A stretch of DNA of 64,000 nt from an uncultured virus (IMG/VR IMGVR_UViG_3300028602_000008) (taxonomy: Duplodnaviria > Heunggongvirae > Uroviricota > Caudoviricetes), in IMG/VR virus record IMGVR_UViG_3300028602_000008. One strand, given 5' to 3'. The translations under genes were made by a program, and so were the position numbers. The notes beneath the pieces were generated by a model. That model did no database searches and was not told the origin of the DNA. It was given only the letters and a program-made list of their open reading frames with translations. The number at the start of each line of letters is the position of its first letter. Positions within the stretch are counted from its first letter, which is position 1. Below are positions 47,636 through 57,600 of the stretch, in pieces.

Positions 47636-48382
47636 TCACGCACACGCCATGCTTACTGCTATCTTTTTGCAGAACGGTACATCCATAGTCTCTCCGAGGA
47701 GCCGGGCTACTTCTGGCCAGTTGAACCAGTATATGTGGGCTGATTCTGAGAACAGTATGAGGTTTCCTATTTCGCAATTTCCCACTGCATCGGCTATGAA
47801 CTCCATGACCCCGGATAACCCGTATGTGTTGGCAGGATAAGCACCAAACATATCATGGGAGCGATAAGGAACGATAGCATTCAGCCGATCTCCCCGGATG
47901 AGTGCCTGAAAAGACATCATGCAGGGCGGAGATTCAGTTTTCTCGTCGTAGGGCGGCACCCAGGTAACGGCGATGGCTCTGCGACTGGAACGATCCCGCT
48001 TCAGCTCTCGGATGATGTAGTCGAGCTGGTCAATGGAGATAAGCTGGCTGTTCTTTGTCCAGACCTGGCCAGCTCCCCAGGCTCGCAGCCTTGAACCATA
48101 AGTGTACTCAAACCCAGGGTTGAAACTGGTAAGGAATCCTGCCTTATAATCCTCCCAGGAGTTTGAGCCTGCCTTCCAAATGTAACCATCGGGGAAAGCT
48201 CCCTTATCCGGGAGATATATCTGGCTTCGGAGGCCCATAATTTCAACCGTTTCTATGGGTTTGTTGTCATAGATAACTTCGGTGAGCGTTCCAAAGTGCC
48301 ATATTTGTCTGAGACATTCCATCCAGACCTCGGGTGTATGATGGCCTACGATATTTAGGTTTTCCTGTAATTTGTTCAGCAT
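47636..48382 (-). CDS. thyA: Thymidylate synthase (archaeal-type ThyA)
   Basis: YTYGSRL, SRRA, PPCM, YRSHD...PAN, SAHIY. Confidence 0.92.
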   Translation of the reverse strand: MLNKLQENLNIVGHHTPEVWMECLRQIWHFGTLTEVIYDNKPIETVEIMGLRSQIYLPDKGAFPDGYIWKAGSNSWEDYKAGFLTSFNPGFEYTYGSRLRAWGAGQVWTKNSQLISIDQLDYIIRELKRDRSSRRAIAVTWVPPYDEKTESPPCMMSFQALIRGDRLNAIVPYRSHDMFGAYPANTYGLSGVMEFIADAVGNCEIGNLILFSESAHIYWFNWPEVARLLGETMDVPFCKKIAVSMACA

Positions 48383-48494
48383 AATCCTCCGCTTTAGTGG
48401 TTACGTAGGTCTAAAAGAGGCTCAAACATATTTAAAGTTTGTGATAGGTATGGTTTAGGAAAACTATTTTAATATGTAAATGTAACATAACAAC

Positions 48495-48875
48495 ATGGCA
48501 AGTTATCCAATGTCAAGGGATGGGTGCACGACAGAATGTGTCGCTGGGAAGTTAATCCTAAAGTGCCCAATCGCCCCAGCAGTTGAACGGGATCTAGGCC
48601 TTTGTAATCCGGCCACGACTTTTGGGACTACATCACTCCCATCTGGGTCTTCTGTTGCGGCTCAAGCACGTACCGCTGATCAGCTAATGCGGATTGCCCA
48701 AATGCAGACCAAGATGGATCAGGACATGGCCGCTGCTGAACTGAGAATGAATCCTCCGAAACCCAAGCCAGGAAAGACCAATCCAGCATTCGTAGCTGCT
48801 GGGATGGCCGGCATTGCCGCGGCCAAGGCGAAAACGGAACAAATGCGCCGGAATGCATTTAGTCATGTTGATTAG
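48495..48875 (+). CDS. Hypothetical protein
   Basis: Divergent promoter upstream; 126 aa. Confidence 0.6.
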   Translation: MASYPMSRDGCTTECVAGKLILKCPIAPAVERDLGLCNPATTFGTTSLPSGSSVAAQARTADQLMRIAQMQTKMDQDMAAAELRMNPPKPKPGKTNPAFVAAGMAGIAAAKAKTEQMRRNAFSHVD

Positions 48876-48884
48876 GAGAAGAAA

Positions 48885-49127
48885 ATGCCAATATCTGACG
48901 AAAAAATGCCATGGGAGTCCTATACGGAAATGGTTGCCTTTGTAGGCCTAGTTTTTGGTCTGCTTAGCTCATTTGGATTGATACCCGGAATCGTAATTAC
49001 TCCAGAACAAGTTGGTGGAATTGCCAGCATAATGTTCCTCCTGGTAATGATCGCTAGGAAATATGGTACGGGTGGAAAAATTGTGTTGAAAAAACCGGTG
49101 GTGATCGAAGAGCCCAAAGAGACTTAG
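48885..49127 (+). CDS. Small two-helix membrane protein (holin-like)
   Basis: Two hydrophobic segments, basic C-terminus, AGGAG RBS. Confidence 0.55.
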   Translation: MPISDEKMPWESYTEMVAFVGLVFGLLSSFGLIPGIVITPEQVGGIASIMFLLVMIARKYGTGGKIVLKKPVVIEEPKET

Positions 49128-49870
49128 GACCAAATACCTTCCGTTTCAAACATTTTTTGAGCTGACTTTCCTAACTTGCGGCTGTTGATCTTGATATCTT
49201 CCAGTGTTGTAAAATCACCAGATTCACAACACCCTTGGGCAACCATCATGAATTCTGCAACAGACCCGAACTGAGCCAGGATAGCCTCTGCACGCTCCCA
49301 TCCTATGCCCGGTAGGTTAGACATCATATTTATGGCGTGCATGTCCTTGTAGGGCTTGCAGAGTAGCGTCATGGGCGCGTCGTCGGCGATGTCATGGACC
49401 ATGAGTTTGAGTAAAGTGCGGTATGCAAAGATTGGATCTCTCGAGAGGAACAGGGGTGTTATACCCAGGGACTTAATATCTCCCAAAATGGCAAGTAGCA
49501 TGTCCTCTGCTTTCATAATCTGGTCTTCCGACTTTTGAACCGGCCCGTCCTGTGTCATGTAGACCGTGGGGATGGCTGCTCGAAGATCGTCCATGCTTCC
49601 CAGGATGGCCAGATAGCCATAGTCACAAGTCACGGCGATGTCCATGCATTGTCGGCCCAGGCGGCCTCTGGGGGGAAGAGAACCAAATACGTCAGCTATT
49701 TCTTTTACTTCCGCGCCTGCGGTCTTGCCGTTTCCGGTTAGTAGGATGTCAAAAAGAAGGTTGCCTTCGACAGGTTTGGCTATCTGCTTGCGATAATATA
49801 CCCAGGCATCCATTAGGAAGTCTGGTCTTGCCGATTGTTTCTCATTTGTGTCGTACTGGAGTGAGTACAT
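49124..49870 (-). CDS. ERCC4/XPF-like nuclease with HhH domain
   Basis: DTNE, FD, AEVK..D.FGS...GRL..Q; LPGIGWERAEAIL..FGSV. Confidence 0.75.
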   Translation of the reverse strand: MYSLQYDTNEKQSARPDFLMDAWVYYRKQIAKPVEGNLLFDILLTGNGKTAGAEVKEIADVFGSLPPRGRLGRQCMDIAVTCDYGYLAILGSMDDLRAAIPTVYMTQDGPVQKSEDQIMKAEDMLLAILGDIKSLGITPLFLSRDPIFAYRTLLKLMVHDIADDAPMTLLCKPYKDMHAINMMSNLPGIGWERAEAILAQFGSVAEFMMVAQGCCESGDFTTLEDIKINSRKLGKSAQKMFETEGIWS

Positions 49871-49871
49871 T

Positions 49872-50114
49872 TTATTCCTTCATGGCCGCGCATATCTGGT
49901 TGCAGCTATTACACATTTCCCCAGCTACTCTCTCGATGGGGCAGAAGGTATCGGAAAATTCATCTTTGCTGATCCTGCCTGTTTTGCGAAGGTGTTCGAG
50001 AACTTCGTCTACGACATTGGCTGGTAGCTTTATATTACGCACTATTTCTGCTTTCGTTTTGCAGGAGTCAAGTGCCCCTAGAACAATATTCAGATCCTCT
50101 AAAGTTGCAGGCAT
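49872..50114 (-). CDS. Small winged-helix protein with Cys-rich tail
   Basis: TKAEIVR.I.LP..VV.EVL.HL.KTGRI; C...CNSC..IC. Confidence 0.6.
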   Translation of the reverse strand: MPATLEDLNIVLGALDSCKTKAEIVRNIKLPANVVDEVLEHLRKTGRISKDEFSDTFCPIERVAGEMCNSCNQICAAMKE

Positions 50115-50157
50115 ATACCTAAAAAGAGGGCGAACCTATTTAAGGGTTTTGATAGGT

Positions 50158-51348
50158 TCAATCTTTGCTATTCAAAACGGCATCCCAGGTTCGTAGGTTG
50201 CCGATGTTGGCCGGTATTTTAAATATCGCGTTTATGGTCTTTGTTTCGCCTGGTTCAACAGTGTAGGGATATTTAGGTTCACCCATGTATTCAAAGTCCC
50301 CGCTCGTTCCGTGTAAAATTACCCCAAGCCATCCATGCCATGCGGCATTACCATTATTTCTAACGGCAAATTCAAATGTCGAGGTGTAAGCCGATGAGTA
50401 GATTTTATTACATGATGGTGGTCCCAACATTTCAAGTGATGGTAGCAATGAGACTGGTGCATTGGATGATCGGCATGGTGTAAGTGCCAACTGTATTCCA
50501 ACTTGCGTACCTACCAGAGACTCTGCCCCAGGAACCCACACACGCCCTTGACCCTCGAGTATGGCAAGTTGGTTAATATTCACGGTATCCGGGTAGTAAA
50601 CCTGGCAAACTTGCCGGCCATAGGAATCCTGTCCCTTGACCACTAATTTGACCACTGTCCCTGGTGGGATCTTATCTGACAACCAGGTCTTAGCGGTTCT
50701 GCCGTTTGGATAGGACAATTCCCCTGAAGAGACACCCTCGAGTCTCACTTCGAAGGGTTTCGTGACGCAGAGCTGCCACGAGGCACAGACCTGGGATGCT
50801 TCGAAGGAGTCTCCGTCGATGATGGTTATCACCCTGGCACTTACCGTAGAACCAGAGATGGGTGTAACCAAAGGCAAGCTTGCGAGATACGAGGCCAGTG
50901 AATTATTGATATTCTCTGATCCTCTGGTTATGATAAATGTGTTGCCAATAGGAGTCAAGGTTAGGTTTGATCCTATGGGTACGTGTAAAGCCAGCCAATC
51001 TCGGGCCTGGGCGTCATTATCTGATGTGGTTACGACACCCTGCAGGGCAATGTTTTTCTGGGTTGCGTCGCATACCTGGCCAGCCAGGCAGTCCAGCAGA
51101 ACGCTTAGGTTGGATCCACTGTTGACGGAAACCAGTTTACCTGTGATTTCCAGACCAACTTGCGGGGGGGTATATACACTACCCAATGCCGAAAAGATCC
51201 AAGCAATATCGGTTGGTCCTACATCGGTATCATTCAGTAAATCAGATTTTATTGCTCGTAGAAGACCTATAGAGCTTAGAACGTTACCACTAAAAAAGGT
51301 AGTAGCGAGCCAGGTCTTGCGAGTGTCTGTGAGTACCATTTTAGACAC
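50158..51348 (-). CDS. Thermonuclease (SNase)-domain protein with C-terminal Ig-like domain
   Basis: IIDGDSF...VRLEGV...DSYGRQV...NIN; V.N.G...W...V.PGET. Confidence 0.8.
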   Translation of the reverse strand: MSKMVLTDTRKTWLATTFFSGNVLSSIGLLRAIKSDLLNDTDVGPTDIAWIFSALGSVYTPPQVGLEITGKLVSVNSGSNLSVLLDCLAGQVCDATQKNIALQGVVTTSDNDAQARDWLALHVPIGSNLTLTPIGNTFIITRGSENINNSLASYLASLPLVTPISGSTVSARVITIIDGDSFEASQVCASWQLCVTKPFEVRLEGVSSGELSYPNGRTAKTWLSDKIPPGTVVKLVVKGQDSYGRQVCQVYYPDTVNINQLAILEGQGRVWVPGAESLVGTQVGIQLALTPCRSSNAPVSLLPSLEMLGPPSCNKIYSSAYTSTFEFAVRNNGNAAWHGWLGVILHGTSGDFEYMGEPKYPYTVEPGETKTINAIFKIPANIGNLRTWDAVLNSKD

Positions 51349-54300
51349 CTCCGTAGGTGGCGATCAAGCTCAGAACATCGGCTGCAGAGAAGCTCCAAGT
51401 TCCTGAAATAGCTGGAGTTGCATCTGCTTTTGCTGATGCAGCTAAAGCTGAATCATTGTTTAAGACTGCATAAGCATAAACGATGTGGTCTGGGTTCAAT
51501 ACATTCTCCCCGCCAATGGCTGCCAGGTATTTCTGAACGTTGGTCTGGGTTGCAGTATCCACATAGAGTGTTACTGATTTTCTGGCTATACTTCCTGCGT
51601 AAACCTGAACAGGGATGGTATATGACTTATAGCCAGCTTTCTTGATAACTATTGTGTGGACTCCGGCCTCTACTTCGATGATTATGTCCGTGTCACCGAT
51701 TTTATCAGTGCCTTCGTAAACCTCTGCGTTTAGGCCTGCAGCATCGATGAAGATACCGGTCTGACCAGTGGACTTGGAATACGAAGATCCTCCACCATAC
51801 GATTTTCCGCCTGAACTCTTACCTCCACTGCTATATGATTTGCTAGATGAGCTTTTAGCTGAGCAGTTGTAGGTACAGATCCAGTTATTTGGATCGGCCA
51901 GGAAAGCGGCTACATCGGTTCCGCCAGCGTTTATGAAGGCAGCATACTTTCCGGTGTCCACCGTCAGCTCAGCTCCACCAGCTTCGGTCATTTTCTGGTC
52001 AACATCATAGTTGCCTGTAGCTGGATTAAGCAGCTTACCGTTTTGGATGATGTTTTCCGTATGCGGGTAGCCTGTATCATCCGTCCAAGCCACCTGGTTG
52101 CCTGATGCGGATATCTTGAAGTTAGACGGATTGTTCTGCCTGGCTGTGAATGCGGTTGCTTCGTCTGCAGTCAAGTATTGCTGGATTCTAGCGTTTTCAT
52201 TAATCATTCCGTTGGCTTTGTACTCAGCGAACTTTGCAGCTTTCTCCGGAATGGTTCCTGCTGATGCTAAATCAGCTTGAACCATCTTATTGATAGCTTC
52301 CTCAGGAAATAGGTCCTGCATTTGTGCCCCGGTCATATCCGGATACTGGGAAAGCAGTTTTGCTTTGTCAAGGCTACCATCAGGGTTAAGGAATATTGAT
52401 TTCCAGGCCAATGCATCCTCTGTGGTGCCTGTACCGTTGTAGTTCTTATATTTGGTCAAGGCATCCATTGAGGTGGGTGCCATTGCGAGCGCTGCCTGCT
52501 GGTCTAAATTTAGTCCCGTTAATGGGGCTCTGGCAACTCCAACTCCGCCCACAGCTACAGGTGCAACTCCACCACCAGTAACAATAGCTGCATTTTTGGC
52601 ATCGTTGTATGCCTGTTCAGCAAGTGCCGATTTTGCACCACCTTTAACGAGCTGGTCATAGGCCTTGGTGAACTCTTTTGTAAGAGTATCCTTTGCACCC
52701 ATGTTTCCAGCAGCAATCATGTGCCCGAGACCTACTTGGATAGCTTGAGTTGGATCCGTAATTCCGAGTCCCTGTGCTATAAGGTTATTTGGACCAACTG
52801 AACCATCTCCCTGCATATCGTAAATACGTCTTACCAGGTCACCATCCAAGAATGCGATGGTCTCTGGGTGCTGGGACCAGTAAGCAGGTCTTTCACTTTC
52901 TGGTCTCATTGTACCCCAGCAGCCAACTCCAAAGGTACATCCGGATGTATCGGGTATCCAAAGACCGCCGTTGACACCCTTGGTAATCTTATCTTTCATC
53001 ATAGCGGGTACTGCATTTTCATTGTACCATCTGAAACCTGCAGCTCCGGCAAATATAACCTCGGAGAAAGGAACATTGTCCAGTAGCCAGTTGAATGGAC
53101 CGAGAATCTCCCCGACTCTCTCCATGGCGGGTATGCCGGATTCGGACAGGAACTTCATGTACTGATCGAGAGGAGTATTCCAGCCGGTCATCTGAATGAT
53201 GGACTGGAAACCTTCCTCTGCAGCGAAGTACACGAACATCAAACCGTTAGCTACTACCCATACCTTGAAGGCTCCTTTAGCAAGCTGCCATGGACTGGTT
53301 GCAACTTTCCAAGCGAATCCACCAAGGCCTGTTACTGTACCTCGAATGAGTCTGCTGAACTTGTTTTGAGGTAGTACCTCTTTGATCTCAGTGAGCGTTT
53401 TTATATCCTCGACAGTATATTGTCTCTTTGTATAAAGTTCGTCTATGAATTTCTTATGCTTAGCACCTAACGAATTGTATCGAGGGCTTGCTTTGATGTC
53501 AGTAACGATTGCATCTTGGGCTGCCTTCTGATATTGAGAGGCTAGGTTGGGATCGATGTCGTAGACTGCATTGAAAGCGTCGTCTGCGAACCTTTCATCC
53601 TTGAGTGCTGTTCGAACATCTTTGTCAGCCAGCAACTTGCGGAGATCCCCCATCTTGTCTGCGGTGGCTGCATCCAGTACGCTGTTGAGCTTGATTCTGC
53701 CTATGTCTGCGCCGGCTGAGACGCCCTCGTAAGCTCCAGCATTATCTAATATGCGTTCCATCTGCTGATAATCAGGCTGGTTGAGCTGTCGGGTTCTGGC
53801 CTTGCTGATAAGTTCCTGGTCGGGTTTTGACATTTTGGCCACTAAGGAGTCGTCGAGTCTATTAGCGGCTCCCTGGTAGTTGTAACCCATGATTTTTTCG
53901 GCCTGGGTTCTATCGCTACCCAACTTTTCCGAGATGGATGCTGCAAAGTCCTCAGCTTCTCCTCGGGACATGTTTTTGATGGTGTCTCGGAAGGCCGTAT
54001 TCTTGCCTAGTGTCTCTTCTAATACCTTTTTGCCATCCTGAACGGGTATATTATCAAGCTCCCGTAACAGATCATTGGCTGCGTTATTACCTTCAATAAC
54101 ACGTACACTTGCGGATTTTTGCTGTTTTGCAGCTTCATAAGATTCCTGAATGAATCGCTTGCTCTTATCGTTAAGTCCGGATGCTTTCACTTTTAGAGCA
54201 TCGATTTGGACTTTTATACCAGCCTTATCTCCTTTTGCGGCTGTAGCGTATTTTTCTCCTAGCTCCCTTAGCTCGTCACTAACGGCTGAAATATCTTGCT

Positions 54301-54676
54301 CAACAGCTTCCCTTTCAGCAGACCGAAGCCTGGATTGCTCTGCAATTCTACCATATTCAGTTGCCATGTCGGCAGCAGAAGTTGATGCTGCCGGTTCACC
54401 ACCTCGAACAAAGTCGGTTTTAGCTGTGTCCAATTCTGTTCGAAGCTCTGATACTGCAGCCTCAGTACTTGGCCTGGGGTTCTCAGCGAAACGGGTCTCG
54501 GCATCGGCTACTTGTGTTTCAAGTTCACGTACCCTACTAGGGACCACGGTTCGAGTTGGAGCTGCGATGTTGGATGCAACTGGCGCACCATGTGTCATAA
54601 GTTCCACTTCGTCTTCTCGAATCGAGGATGATAACGAGCTGATCATGTTATCTGCCATACAATTAGTACTTGGCAT
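51341..54676 (-). CDS. Large (1111 aa) protein: coiled-coil N-terminus, central hydrophobic helices, PEGA domain
   Basis: AEVY.G...IG.T...GVHTIVIKKAGY PEGA pattern; Ser/Gly linker. Confidence 0.8.
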   Translation of the reverse strand: MPSTNCMADNMISSLSSSIREDEVELMTHGAPVASNIAAPTRTVVPSRVRELETQVADAETRFAENPRPSTEAAVSELRTELDTAKTDFVRGGEPAASTSAADMATEYGRIAEQSRLRSAEREAVEQDISAVSDELRELGEKYATAAKGDKAGIKVQIDALKVKASGLNDKSKRFIQESYEAAKQQKSASVRVIEGNNAANDLLRELDNIPVQDGKKVLEETLGKNTAFRDTIKNMSRGEAEDFAASISEKLGSDRTQAEKIMGYNYQGAANRLDDSLVAKMSKPDQELISKARTRQLNQPDYQQMERILDNAGAYEGVSAGADIGRIKLNSVLDAATADKMGDLRKLLADKDVRTALKDERFADDAFNAVYDIDPNLASQYQKAAQDAIVTDIKASPRYNSLGAKHKKFIDELYTKRQYTVEDIKTLTEIKEVLPQNKFSRLIRGTVTGLGGFAWKVATSPWQLAKGAFKVWVVANGLMFVYFAAEEGFQSIIQMTGWNTPLDQYMKFLSESGIPAMERVGEILGPFNWLLDNVPFSEVIFAGAAGFRWYNENAVPAMMKDKITKGVNGGLWIPDTSGCTFGVGCWGTMRPESERPAYWSQHPETIAFLDGDLVRRIYDMQGDGSVGPNNLIAQGLGITDPTQAIQVGLGHMIAAGNMGAKDTLTKEFTKAYDQLVKGGAKSALAEQAYNDAKNAAIVTGGGVAPVAVGGVGVARAPLTGLNLDQQAALAMAPTSMDALTKYKNYNGTGTTEDALAWKSIFLNPDGSLDKAKLLSQYPDMTGAQMQDLFPEEAINKMVQADLASAGTIPEKAAKFAEYKANGMINENARIQQYLTADEATAFTARQNNPSNFKISASGNQVAWTDDTGYPHTENIIQNGKLLNPATGNYDVDQKMTEAGGAELTVDTGKYAAFINAGGTDVAAFLADPNNWICTYNCSAKSSSSKSYSSGGKSSGGKSYGGGSSYSKSTGQTGIFIDAAGLNAEVYEGTDKIGDTDIIIEVEAGVHTIVIKKAGYKSYTIPVQVYAGSIARKSVTLYVDTATQTNVQKYLAAIGGENVLNPDHIVYAYAVLNNDSALAASAKADATPAISGTWSFSAADVLSLIATYGGV

Positions 54677-54677
54677 T

Positions 54678-57600
54678 TTATTGTCCTCCTGCTTTTCGAA
54701 CTATATACGGTAAGTCAGTCTCCACTAAATCCACACCTTTGTAGAGATTACCACTTTTAGTCACGTATTCAGCGCTTCGGTCTATTTGGTCCATGCTGGT
54801 AAATGCCGCAGGTGCTGTTGCATTAACCTGGGTTGCTGGTGCGGCCCATTTTTGTGATTCGGCTCGCTGTGCTGCTAATCGTTTTTGGTCTGCCAGTTGG
54901 TTCTCAATGATCGGTATTGCTTGGGCCTCACTCATATTCTGATAGTTATCTTGATACTTAACCAAGTTGGGTAGATCGGAATCAGTTATCGTTGATCCCA
55001 ACAAATACTCACCATCTCCGGTTACATAATACTGACTTGGTATTATGCCGGCAGGTACCTTTTCAGAGGGGGTTCGGCTCAATCCACCTTCTGGACTCGA
55101 CGTACCATACTTAGCTCTCAGTTCGGCATCAGCGTTCGCTATCAGGTTATTTTTGTAGTTCATTCCCTCCATGCCGATGATGCCTGCAGCCAGTCCCGCA
55201 GCACTGGCACCGGCGATGGTCAGGAGAGGAGTCAAGCCTTTCGCACTTGCACCCAATCCTGCGGAAAATCCGGTTCCTGCTCCGCATACTACCTTTTCGG
55301 CCTCACCGAAGCGATCAGCAAAGTTCGTCTTGATATCCTCGACGCTTCTCAGCAATGCATTCTTATCTTCAATGCCTTGTTTTACCTCCTCGATATGAGC
55401 ATATTTGGTCTTTCTGCCGGCCAACATATCTGCTCGGGACTGAGCAACGCGGTTGTTGATATCCTTAACTCTGGATTCCAGAGATCTCATGAAGTTCCTG
55501 TCTTTGATTTCACCCCGGATGATGGCCTTTCGAGACTCATTAAGACCCAGTTTTTCGATATCGAGTTGCTCAATATCATCCATGTTTCTTGCAACCATGT
55601 CCTTAAACGTGGTCTCGTTTAAGCCCTTCATTTCGCTTCGCCAAGCGTTCTGTAGCTCGTCGAGTTCAGCCTGGGTGTATCTGGATTTTTCTAATCCGGT
55701 TGGTATGACTTCCTGGGCTTTGGCTGCCTGGGGTTGGACTACTTCAGCAGCCTTTCCTGCGGGTACTTCGCCGGTGGTTGCTCGCACTTCATCCATCAGA
55801 TTGGATCTGGTTTCGTCCAGATATTTGGTGAGGTACGGCAATTCATCTTCTGGCAGGTTTCGAATTTCGGCTGCATTGTCGGAGATGAATTTCCGGTAGT
55901 CGTTAGCACTCAGTTTCTGGATATCCGTGCCAGCAAGACCATTGATTCGGATTGCATCCTGCTCAAAGAGGTCTACTTTCTTACCTACCGTGAAAGCCTT
56001 TGATTTATCAGCTTCTCGGATTGTGCTCCAAACTTGCCCGTCCGGGGTCCTCAGGTCGATTTTAACGAACTCTTTGGTCATGTCCTTAGACAGGCCGCCC
56101 GCATCCGTCAAACCTTTCCAAGTGGTCTCGGGGAAACTGAATGGGTCTACTTTGGTAACGGCCTCGACTATGCTCCCATTTGCATCACTTGGAATTCTAA
56201 ACTCGTTTGGTACGTTAGTTGGCATCTCCCAGAAATACATATCTAGTGGCGCACGAGTAGAACTGATTGCCTCGTCTGCAGTGGTTATGAATTCATTTTT
56301 GGCAACAAATGAGATATCTTTGCCATCCGGGGATCTTACGACCCAACCATCCAACTTCTTATATGCGTAACTGGTTGCTTGGTAGCCATCTTCGCCAGCT
56401 ATGACTAAGCCTTCGTCTCTGGCTTTCTGGAATGTTGTCTCCATGACATACTTGGTTGGACCTTTGGCCTTCTCTCCTATTATGATATCAGCGTACTTGT
56501 TATTACCGAGAACCATTTCAGAAACGCTGAAATCAACGTTCTCAGCCTTCCACCATGGGGGCATGTCCATGATAAGATTCTTAGAGGACCTCATGGCTTC
56601 TACGGTTTTGTCCCAGCTAGCAGATGTCGGAATAGTCCAATCTTTCCGAACCTCATTGAACTGATTAAGCAGGTTTGGAATATTGCTGGGCTCACCGGCA
56701 TAATACCCGAGTTCTGCGTTGATGATTTTCTTGGCCTCTGGGGAAGCTCCCTGATACTCATTTGACATGAGGAATTTTCCAAGATTCTCTTCTGCCTTGG
56801 TTTGATGGACGATGATTTCTTTTTCAGGTGGTAGCCCGGATGCTTTGATTTCGGCATCAGTCATAATACCTATTTGTTCCCGGTTGCCCGTGATTAAATT
56901 TTCAAAATCATTCATGGGCATTAGGTTTGCACTGGTCTGGCCACCCGTTGCTGCATCGAAAGCCGCTTGACCTTCAGGAGACATCTTCGATCTCAGATAC
57001 AAAGCACGGTCGATTTCTTCTGCCGATAATGATTTACCGTCTTTAGCTTTGATAAGGATCTTAGTATCGGCATCAGACTTGATGATTCTGTCGAAATCAG
57101 AAGTCTTAGTAAAGATAGTCCAAGCGTCGGCTGCCTCTTCTACGGTGGTTGCTCTAGCCTCAATAGGAGCCATGGTTGCAGCATAGTTAGACTGCAGATT
57201 GGGTACATAGGATTCGTAGGAACTGGGTGTCTGGTAAGTGGCTACTTGAGTTGGCGCAACAGGTGTCGCTGCAGCAGCTTTCTCGGCGAGGTATGCACCG
57301 TATTCGTCAGGAGTTTGTCTGGCGTTGGTCCATGGATTCTGGATTTCGAAGCTTCCGTCAGCTTTTTTGTAATAATAGTACCCGCCTTCAGCGCTCCAGA
57401 TGGGTGTCTCGGATGAACCTTTGAGGGCATCGTAAACATCTTTAGTAACCCAGTTTCCGGTCATCTCATCCAGATATTGAACTACATGGGTAGCATCGTT
57501 GGTTCTGATCCTGGCGGTGCCATCCACACCCATGGTGAAAGTCGGATTATTAGCGGCAATGGCTGCTCTTTCGGCATCCAAGTCTGTCTTTGTAACCCAA

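Noticed and set aside
47636..48382. ThyA homologue as a dCMP hydroxymethylase feeding glycosylated DNA
   Set aside because: It keeps Asn in the RSxD...PAN motif, which indicates dUMP specificity, and no matching kinase is seen; dUMP hydroxymethylase is not fully excluded
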